DNA from: Gammaproteobacteria bacterium
GTDB taxonomy: Bacteria; Pseudomonadota; Gammaproteobacteria; Magnimaribacterales; TMED112
DNA: 27,704 nt
Direction of reading: 5' to 3'
NCBI GenBank assembly: GCA_042090165.1
Contig: JBELJV010000004.1
Coordinates: forward strand, 1 to 27,704
A model generated the notes under the pieces. That model did not search any database, was not told where the DNA came from, and worked only from the letters and a program-made list of their open reading frames with translations. Positions 7,966 to 15,843 of the stretch are shown piece after piece (the first letter of the stretch is position 1; every line of letters begins with the position of its first letter). The position numbers were made by a program, and so were the translations under genes.

Positions 7966-10900
7966 TTATAAGCTATATCTAAATCCAAAATATGTATATC
8001 TACTATCCCAGACTCTTGCATATGACTGAGCTGTGTAATGAGCACCTGGTACAGGCTCATTTTTACAGGTAGGACAAAATGGAGGATTTTGATCGCCTAC
8101 GTTATCCACACCCATGTACACACTTAGATTATCATTCAACTGATACCTAAGCTGTACATCTGTATAGACCATAGAGTCAACTGCATTAAGATGATATGCA
8201 TCTGGAGCTTGACCAACATCATCTCGAGCATCACCATAATAGTTGCTTTGCACTGATAGAAGCCATTCATTCAGTGTATAAACAGCGTTAAACTTAACAA
8301 TGTCTTCGTTGTATCCTACTTCACCTACGTAATCAAAAGGTGTAGATTCAGATGTTGTTTGGAAAACATGCTTATCTCTCAATGTGTAAATACCATTGAC
8401 TCTAAGTTCGCCAGGTACTTTTAAGTCAAAGTAACCAAGATCTCTAAAAGTATATGCAAAAGCTAAATCATAACCAGCTGTTTCATAGAATGACTGGTTG
8501 ATGCCATAAGAATACCAATATCTTAGTTTACCTGTTGGGAAACGCTCATGAGCACTACATTGAGCAACGTTTGGATAATTTTCAGAGTTATAACACTCGT
8601 TAATTAATCTTGAAGCAGATACAGAACCGATTACATCATCAATTTGAATGTTGTAATAATCTAAACTTAAAGCAAATTCTTCAAGATATGTTGGAGTATA
8701 TACAAAACCTACAGTTGTTGTTTCAGCAGTCTCTACATCTAAATTAGGGTTACCACCTATGAAACCAGAAATAGTCTGAATATCAGGCTGTGAGTAGTTG
8801 AAACCTGGAGTAGTTAAACCAGAATCTTGGTCAAACGAACCTTGTGCAGCAGTAGCAGCGATTCTAGAATCTGCTAGACAGTTAGCTATAACTATTGAGC
8901 TCATATTTGGCTCAGCGTCAGGGTTACCAACACCAGCACATGGATCAGCAATTGATGTGTAAGATTGAGCTTGACCAGAATACAACTCATCAATATTTGG
9001 CGCTCTGGTGGATTCAGCAACTACCGTTCTAAATCTAAAGTCATCAGTTACTGTCCAGTTAACTCCAAATTTTGATGCACCTACTCTTCCAGCTGTTGAA
9101 TAATCATCGGATCTATAAGCAGCTTCTAGTGTTAAATCTTGCACTAGGAAAACATCTGACACAAGTGGTACTAACACCTCGACATACGCGCCCTCAACGC
9201 TGTAAGAGCCGACCGTTGCAGGAGTTACATTTGAGCCATGAAGTCCAGCTTGTTGAAGTGAATCTGGAATATCAGCACCTGTTTCTGTTCTTCTCTCAAC
9301 ACCTGCAGCAAAACCTGCATCAAGTCCCAAAAGATTGAAGTCTCCGGTTACGTTAAAAGCCATAACCTCTTGTGTATTTTTACTTTGACGTAAAGTAATA
9401 GCTTTTACGTAATTTACAGCTTCATCTGATGCAGCCATCAAACCGAACAAATTAATAGGAACACAGCCCTGTGCTCTAGCAACGACGTCAGTACAAATTA
9501 CATTACCATTTGCATCTGTTGTTGCATTTAAGGCATTAGCCATATTAATTGCGTTGTAATTTTGACTGTACTGCATTCTGTCAGAAACACCGTATTGATA
9601 GTATGCATCCCATTCCATACCATTTGAGAATGTACCAACGGCACCTAATGCGGCCCTGAATGTTTCTCTTGTGTTGGACGAACCTCTGGTTCCGAACTCA
9701 AGAAGTCTTCTGATAAAAGGAACTTGAAGCTCATTACCATCAGCATCAACGTACATATTTGCTATTGGGTTGCCATCAGCATCAACTGCTTGAACACCGC
9801 CTTGGGCAGCTACAGCAGCATCTCTTATAGCAGCTGGCATGTACGGGTTAGAAATATTGTAACCAAATGTACCTAATCCACCGAATACATCTTCAGAACT
9901 AAATGGAACAGGTTCGAATTCTGATTGAGAGTCAACACTTGTATATGAGAATTCAGCAAACATTTCAGTTCCATTATCAAATTGGTAATTCGTTGCATTG
10001 AAAACACTATATCTTTCTAGTGGAACTTCAAGTGCTCTAAAATACGTTCTGTTAAAACCACAATTTGATGATCCACCTGCGTCAGACCAGCCAACAACTG
10101 TATCAGACTGCGTAACTGAGTAAGGACCTCTGCTTGAGCAGTCAAATGTTAACATTCCAGCAGAATCACTGTTATTTCCAGATACAAAGAATCTTCCTTG
10201 CGGAACATAAGAAGAATAGCCAGGGTCAGAGATCAAAGAATCATAAGGAGCTCCGAAATCTGCACCATAGTAATAACCATAGTAGAAAAGATCTCTGCCT
10301 GTATATCCTGTTCTGTCTCTAGCCATAACTCTGCCTTGCTCATCTGTTCTGATATTAAATACAGAGTTACCTTTACCATCTGCAAAGTTAGCACCAAAAG
10401 TCATGGAATATAATCTTGTCTCACCATCTCCTTTGTTGTACTTTCCGTCCATTGCCTCAAAAGTAAAACCTTCGAAATCATTTTTAAGGTTAATGTTAAT
10501 TACACCAGCTACAGCATCAGATCCGTAAACAGCAGATGCCCCACCAGTAATAACCTCTAAGTTAGCTATCAAATCAGTAGGTATTGAGTTCAAATCAACA
10601 GTTCCAGTGCCTGGGACACCACCTACCCATCTTCTACCATTAACAAGAGTAAGAGTTCTTCCATCCCCTAAACCTCTTAAGTCAACAGTTTGAAGACCAG
10701 AAGAACCAACAGTAAAGTTAGTGTTACCTCTTGATAACCCCTCTCCAGCCTGTGGTAATTCATTTAAAATATCATAAACGTTTATAGATCCAGTGAGCTC
10801 AATTTGATCTTCACCAAGAGTAATCATTGGTGTAGCTGAACTTAAATTATCTGCACGTTTAATCCTTGAACCAGTGATGACAATTTCTTCAACGCTATCA

Positions 10901-10998
10901 TCAACAGATTCGGAGCTATCAACCTCATCGCTTTGGGCATTCACCATGCCTACAGTAGATAGAGTCAATATGCTCAGTAAAAAGTATTTTTTAAACAT
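7966..10998 (-). CDS. TonB-dependent outer-membrane receptor 1 (1010 aa)
   Basis: Signal peptide, EEIVITGSRI TonB-box region, plug motifs DLRGLG, TLVNGRR, GGASAVYGSDAVAGVIN, C-terminal YFGFRYSL beta-strand. SD AAGGAGA at 11010-11004. Confidence 0.95.
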   Translation of the reverse strand: MFKKYFLLSILTLSTVGMVNAQSDEVDSSESVDDSVEEIVITGSRIKRADNLSSATPMITLGEDQIELTGSINVYDILNELPQAGEGLSRGNTNFTVGSSGLQTVDLRGLGDGRTLTLVNGRRWVGGVPGTGTVDLNSIPTDLIANLEVITGGASAVYGSDAVAGVININLKNDFEGFTFEAMDGKYNKGDGETRLYSMTFGANFADGKGNSVFNIRTDEQGRVMARDRTGYTGRDLFYYGYYYGADFGAPYDSLISDPGYSSYVPQGRFFVSGNNSDSAGMLTFDCSSRGPYSVTQSDTVVGWSDAGGSSNCGFNRTYFRALEVPLERYSVFNATNYQFDNGTEMFAEFSYTSVDSQSEFEPVPFSSEDVFGGLGTFGYNISNPYMPAAIRDAAVAAQGGVQAVDADGNPIANMYVDADGNELQVPFIRRLLEFGTRGSSNTRETFRAALGAVGTFSNGMEWDAYYQYGVSDRMQYSQNYNAINMANALNATTDANGNVICTDVVARAQGCVPINLFGLMAASDEAVNYVKAITLRQSKNTQEVMAFNVTGDFNLLGLDAGFAAGVERRTETGADIPDSLQQAGLHGSNVTPATVGSYSVEGAYVEVLVPLVSDVFLVQDLTLEAAYRSDDYSTAGRVGASKFGVNWTVTDDFRFRTVVAESTRAPNIDELYSGQAQSYTSIADPCAGVGNPDAEPNMSSIVIANCLADSRIAATAAQGSFDQDSGLTTPGFNYSQPDIQTISGFIGGNPNLDVETAETTTVGFVYTPTYLEEFALSLDYYNIQIDDVIGSVSASRLINECYNSENYPNVAQCSAHERFPTGKLRYWYSYGINQSFYETAGYDLAFAYTFRDLGYFDLKVPGELRVNGIYTLRDKHVFQTTSESTPFDYVGEVGYNEDIVKFNAVYTLNEWLLSVQSNYYGDARDDVGQAPDAYHLNAVDSMVYTDVQLRYQLNDNLSVYMGVDNVGDQNPPFCPTCKNEPVPGAHYTAQSYARVWDSRYTYFGFRYSL

Positions 10999-11193
10999 AA
11001 GATTCTCCTTATATGTATGTATTTATTAAACAATTAAAAAATTGATTAAACTTCATTGTGAACTGTTTTAGCCAATAATGCTACAAATATGTGAATTTTT
11101 TTAAGTTTTTTTGTATTCATATATTTATATTAAATAACGATGGATTTTTGTTAATCACAGTGAATGGTTTAACTTGTTTTAAAGCTGGTAAGG

Positions 11194-11269
11194 TGGTGGA
11201 GCTGACTGGGATTGAACCAGCTACCTTCTGCGTGCCACGCAGACGCTCTCCCAAATGAGCTACAGCCCC
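11194..11269 (-). tRNA. tRNA-Ala(GGC), 76 nt, encoded CCA
   Basis: Full cloverleaf: acceptor GGGGCTG/CAGCTCC with G3:U70, D-stem GCTC/GAGC, anticodon arm TCTGC-GTGGCAC-GCAGA, T-loop TTCAATC, A73-CCA. Confidence 0.97.
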
Positions 11270-11392
11270 ATCTCATTATTGTGCCATATCCTTTATAATA
11301 ATGCGCTCTTCCAGTCTGGCTATGGTTTAATAAATTGTGTATATTTTAACAATAAAATTTGTTTTTAAATTTAAAAAGGGAGGACTTTTTTC

Positions 11393-14329
11393 ATGTCCAA
11401 GTTAAAATACTTACTTTTATTAGTGTGTGCTGCTATCTCTGTAAATGCACAAGAGACAAACAGCAGCAATGATGTAGAAGAAATAGTGGTCACTGGTACC
11501 CAAATTAAAGGGGCCAGAATTAACGAAGCATTACCTGTAACAGTTATTACGGCTGATGATATTGATGACAGAGGCATTAACTCTGGTGATGAACTTCTTG
11601 CAACCTTAACCGAACAAGGCGTTAACCAGTTCAACGACGTTGGTTCCAACGGCGGTGGTGTTAACGCATCAAGAGGTGATGTCGGTGCTTTTGATATTAG
11701 GTCAATAGGTACAGGCAATTCACTTGTTCTTCTCAATGGTAGAAGAATGATTGCCACGCCTTCTTACCAAACAGAAGAAGTTGGCGGCAGCTTTGTTCCT
11801 GTTGCTACAGTGAACTCAAACGTCATTCCGGTTTCTCTTGTAGATCGAGTTGAAATCTTAAGAGACGGTGCTGGTGCTATTTATGGTACTGATGCTGTAG
11901 CTGGTGTCGTTAACACCGTTCTTGATGTCGACTATGTTGGTTTTGAAATGAGAGGAAGATTTCAAAACTGGCAGCACTTCGACAGAGATGATCACAAATT
12001 CTCTATGAAATGGGGTGAAAACTTCGGCAACACCAATGTTTCAATGTTTTTTAGTTTCTATGACAGAGACAGAGTAGCAGCAGCAGAAGACGAAATCATG
12101 GGTAGATGTGATTATCGTGATTTAGTCCCAGAACAATTTGCAAATGATGCATTCTACCGATGTTCATCAGTATCAGCATGGGCTCAATTTGATATGGCTG
12201 GAACAGCCCCATATACAGCAAGTGACGGTGAATTTACAATCAGAGCTACTGGAGATTCTCGATGTGCTCTCGACCTAGGCAATGGTACTTGTGCATCCCC
12301 ATCTACAAGTAGATACAGACATAACTGGAATGGGCAAAGAGATGTTCTTGGTGACGTGCAAAGACATAATATGTTCTTTTTCCTAAATCATGATTTAGGA
12401 GATGGACGAGAAGTATTCGCAGAAATTGGACAATATAGAAGCAAATACAATGGTAACAGACATTCGTCTTCATCATTTTCCTCTGTGAGACATGTTGTTC
12501 CAGCAACAAACCCATACAACTTCACTCGCCGAGCATTGCTGATCGATTTTTACAGGTTTGTAGATGCAGGTCCAAGAATTGTTGACAACGATAAGGAAAC
12601 AAACAGGTTGCTTTATGGTATGCGTGGTGATCTTAATTCAGGATGGTCATGGGAATCAGCTGTTTCTTACTCATGGGCAGAAGCATTTGATGTAACGCAT
12701 AATAGAGTATCAAATACAATAGTAGATGGCTTACTGCATGCTAGCGGGCCAAACGCTTACAACCCATTCAATGGTGGTGGTGTTTATGTATCTCCTACTG
12801 TTTCGCATAACCCCGTGGACTTAACTGATGGTGGTATTGCACCAGCTTTAGTGGATGTTTATAGAAAGAATGAAAGAACTATGACAACTTTTGACTTAAA
12901 AATGTCAAAAGCTGACTGGTGGGAAACTAATGCTGGGTTTATTGGTTTGGCATTGGGTCTAGAAACAAGACGAGATACTTTTTTTGATGATAGAGACCCA
13001 AGACTTGATGGCACCATTGTGTTCACAGAAAGAAAAACATCTGGTGCGCTTTCAACACGTGCAATCGATACATATCCATATGTATCTGATATTGTTAATA
13101 GCTCACCTACTCCTGATAGCGGGGGGAGCAGATTGGTTAACTCTCTCTACATAGAATTCGATGTTCCGGTAGTAAGTCCTGAAATGAATGTTCCTTTGGT
13201 TGAGCAGCTTGACCTTCAAGTAGCTTGGAGGAAAGAATCATACTCTGATTTCGAGGGTACAAGTGTACCAAGAGTTGCATTCGGTTGGCGAGTTAATGAC
13301 ATCTTGAAACTAAGAGGTTCTTTCCAAGAAACGTTCAGAGCACCAAACCTAATTACGATCAATGAAAGCATGGTCGTAAGAAGCAATACAAGAATTGATG
13401 CAGCTCTTAGATATGCAAATGGTCTTGGCATTAATTCAAATTCTGAATACTCTGTTCAAAGACAAGCATCAGGCAGTAGTAACTTAGAAGCCGAAACTTC
13501 TGACAACACCACTGTTGGTTTTGTTTTAGAACCTACAGATAACATAACTTTGACGTACGATGTATGGAGTATTGAGTCAGAAAATACTATTGGTTTGTTT
13601 GGCGAAGAAAACCATATGCTTCTGGATCTCTATCTAAGATTAGAACAGAATAATATAAATGATTGTTCTTCTGTAGTTGGAAATCCTGCTGTGTTGAGAC
13701 AAGCAGCTGATAATCCAGATTCATTTTTGGCTGCAGGACTTTGTCCAATAGGTCTAGCAGAAAGAGTCGAGGATAACTATGCTAATCTGAACAATAGAAC
13801 TATTGAAGGTTGGGACAGTGGGTTCTACTACAATACTGAGACACCACTTGGTAAATTGTCTTTCAAGCATCAAATTTCCCAGCTTACAATGAAAGAGCAA
13901 GAATATGGACCTACACTTGCTCTACTTGATGCGGAAATGAATAGCGGAAATCTTCCGATGACAGCTCTGCTTGGGTTTGGAGATATTCTTGCTGTTAATG
14001 GCGCACCAAAAAGAAAAACTTATACATCTCTAAGGCTTAGAAATGGTGATTGGGCCTTAGGCATAAACCAAAGGTCAAGAAGCACTGTGTACGAAGACAG
14101 AACTATTGAAGATGCCGGAGAAATGTGGGCTGTGGTTCCATTTAAACCAAGTAATGTATATGTGGACTACTACACAGAAACACCAAATACTGATCTTAGA
14201 ATTAGGCTAGGTGTAAATAACTGGTATGATAGAAGAGCTCCTCTTGCATCATCACGAATGGGTTATTTTGAAGACTTAGATAACAATTTAAGAAGAAACT
14301 TCTATCTTGACCTAAGGTTCACATACTAA
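11393..14329 (+). CDS. TonB-dependent outer-membrane receptor 2 (978 aa)
   Basis: Signal peptide, EEIVVTGTQI, LVLLNGRR, RVEILRDGAGAIYGTDAVAGVVN, C-terminal FYLDLRFTY. SD AGGGAGGA at 11377-11384. Confidence 0.95.
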   Translation: MSKLKYLLLLVCAAISVNAQETNSSNDVEEIVVTGTQIKGARINEALPVTVITADDIDDRGINSGDELLATLTEQGVNQFNDVGSNGGGVNASRGDVGAFDIRSIGTGNSLVLLNGRRMIATPSYQTEEVGGSFVPVATVNSNVIPVSLVDRVEILRDGAGAIYGTDAVAGVVNTVLDVDYVGFEMRGRFQNWQHFDRDDHKFSMKWGENFGNTNVSMFFSFYDRDRVAAAEDEIMGRCDYRDLVPEQFANDAFYRCSSVSAWAQFDMAGTAPYTASDGEFTIRATGDSRCALDLGNGTCASPSTSRYRHNWNGQRDVLGDVQRHNMFFFLNHDLGDGREVFAEIGQYRSKYNGNRHSSSSFSSVRHVVPATNPYNFTRRALLIDFYRFVDAGPRIVDNDKETNRLLYGMRGDLNSGWSWESAVSYSWAEAFDVTHNRVSNTIVDGLLHASGPNAYNPFNGGGVYVSPTVSHNPVDLTDGGIAPALVDVYRKNERTMTTFDLKMSKADWWETNAGFIGLALGLETRRDTFFDDRDPRLDGTIVFTERKTSGALSTRAIDTYPYVSDIVNSSPTPDSGGSRLVNSLYIEFDVPVVSPEMNVPLVEQLDLQVAWRKESYSDFEGTSVPRVAFGWRVNDILKLRGSFQETFRAPNLITINESMVVRSNTRIDAALRYANGLGINSNSEYSVQRQASGSSNLEAETSDNTTVGFVLEPTDNITLTYDVWSIESENTIGLFGEENHMLLDLYLRLEQNNINDCSSVVGNPAVLRQAADNPDSFLAAGLCPIGLAERVEDNYANLNNRTIEGWDSGFYYNTETPLGKLSFKHQISQLTMKEQEYGPTLALLDAEMNSGNLPMTALLGFGDILAVNGAPKRKTYTSLRLRNGDWALGINQRSRSTVYEDRTIEDAGEMWAVVPFKPSNVYVDYYTETPNTDLRIRLGVNNWYDRRAPLASSRMGYFEDLDNNLRRNFYLDLRFTY

Positions 14330-14341
14330 ATCTCATTACTT

Positions 14342-14371
14342 AAGGCGCGGTTAATTTCGCGCCTTTTTTTT
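14342..14371 (+). terminator. Intrinsic terminator between TBDR2 and the DASS gene
   Basis: AAGGCGCG-gttaattt-CGCGCCTT followed by a T-run ending 2 nt before the DASS ATG. Confidence 0.88.
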
Positions 14372-14373
14372 GA

Positions 14374-15843
14374 ATGAAAGACCGTACCAACCTAAAATCA
14401 ATCGGCTTTGTTGCTGGTATGTTTTTCTTTGCTCTGACATTATTTACAACTTCTCCAGCTGGTCTCACTATTGAGGCTTGGCATGTAGCAGGAGTTGTCA
14501 TCATGATGGCTTTTTGGTGGGCAACTGAGGCAATTCCACTTCCTGTTACTGCGCTACTTCCACTTGCTTTATTTCCTCTTCTTCAAGTTTATGGACCTTA
14601 TGTTGATGGTTTTACACCAAAAGAAGCATTTACTATTGCCGCTAAACCTTATGCACACCCAAACATATATTTATTTCTTGGTGGTTTTATTCTTGCACTG
14701 GCTATTGAAAAGGTAAATCTTCATAAGCGACTTGCATTAAAAATGCTATTAATGGTTGGCACTAATGCTAAATATTTGATAGGTGGTTTCATGTTAATCA
14801 GTGCCTTGATTAGTATGTGGATTATGAATACATCGACTACATTAATGCTTCTTCCAATTGCTTTGGCGATTGCTGCAGTAGTCAAAGACACCACAACATC
14901 ATTAGATGAACAACAATTCAATAACTTTCAAACATCGTTATTGCTAGGAGTAGCATATGCAGCGACCATAGGTGGCATGGCAACCATTATAGGAACTGGC
15001 CCCAATCTACTGGTAAAAAGTTTTATTGAAGATGAAGGTGTAAAAGTGTTTTTCTTTGATTGGATGTTATTAGCTACACCTATCTCGGCAGTTATGTTGT
15101 TCATTGGTTGGTTATTGTTAACCAATGTTATCTTTCCATTAAAAATAGAAGGTTCTGCTGAAACAACAAAGTCACTTGAGCAAATGTATGCATCACTTGG
15201 CAAAGTATCTACCGATGAACGAAGAGTCTTTTTTATTTTTGTAATAACGGCATTGGCTTGGATGTCCAGCAAAGCCTTGGTTCTAATTCCCTTCCTAGAG
15301 GGTTTAACAGATTATGCTATTGCTGTGTTTGCTGCATTAACTATTTTCATCACACGTTCTGAGAAAGGTACTGGACTGATAGATTGGAAAACAACAAAAG
15401 AACTGCCTTGGGGAATACTTTTATTATTCGGTGGTGGGTTATCAATGGCTGGAGCAATTAAAAGCTCAATGCTCGGTGACTGGATTGGGTCCTTTTTCAC
15501 TTCTGACATAAATGCCATTTTATTAATATTTATCATAGTGACTTTAATAGTTTTCTTAACAGAGCTGACAAGCAACCAAGCCACTACAGCAACATTTGTA
15601 CCAATTATGATTGCTATTGCTGGTTCAGATCTAGGTTTAATTTCACAACTTTCAATTCCTGTTGCACTTGCCGCTAGTTGTGCATTTATGTTGCCTGTAG
15701 CAACACCTCCAAATGCCATAGTTTACGGATCGGAAAAATTTACTATAGCTCAAATGATGAGAGCTGGCTTCTACCTGAATGTGGTGGGTATTATTGTTGT
15801 CACAATATTCTCAGCGTACGTATTACCATTAATATTTAACTGA
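14374..15843 (+). CDS. DASS/SLC13 family Na+-coupled anion symporter
   Basis: 489 aa membrane protein. WWATEAIPLPVTALLP, LFLGGF, NLHKRLAL, SMWIMNT, GTGPN, LLLFGGGLS, TELTSNQ, FMLPVATPPNAIVYG. Confidence 0.92.
   Translation: MKDRTNLKSIGFVAGMFFFALTLFTTSPAGLTIEAWHVAGVVIMMAFWWATEAIPLPVTALLPLALFPLLQVYGPYVDGFTPKEAFTIAAKPYAHPNIYLFLGGFILALAIEKVNLHKRLALKMLLMVGTNAKYLIGGFMLISALISMWIMNTSTTLMLLPIALAIAAVVKDTTTSLDEQQFNNFQTSLLLGVAYAATIGGMATIIGTGPNLLVKSFIEDEGVKVFFFDWMLLATPISAVMLFIGWLLLTNVIFPLKIEGSAETTKSLEQMYASLGKVSTDERRVFFIFVITALAWMSSKALVLIPFLEGLTDYAIAVFAALTIFITRSEKGTGLIDWKTTKELPWGILLLFGGGLSMAGAIKSSMLGDWIGSFFTSDINAILLIFIIVTLIVFLTELTSNQATTATFVPIMIAIAGSDLGLISQLSIPVALAASCAFMLPVATPPNAIVYGSEKFTIAQMMRAGFYLNVVGIIVVTIFSAYVLPLIFN

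Noticed and set aside
7848-8060. 70-aa minus-strand ORF over the TBDR1 end
   Set aside because: Overlaps TBDR1 out of frame and crosses its terminator; the sequence is low-complexity.
8102-8110. Perfect DnaA box TTATCCACA, and the idea that the AT-rich spacers are oriC
   Set aside because: A single box inside the TBDR1 coding sequence; no box clusters in the spacers and no dnaA/gidA context.
11194-11210. tRNA 3' end as an att site
   Set aside because: No duplication seen beyond chance 9-mers (GCTCCACCA inside clpX and clpP), and no integrase.
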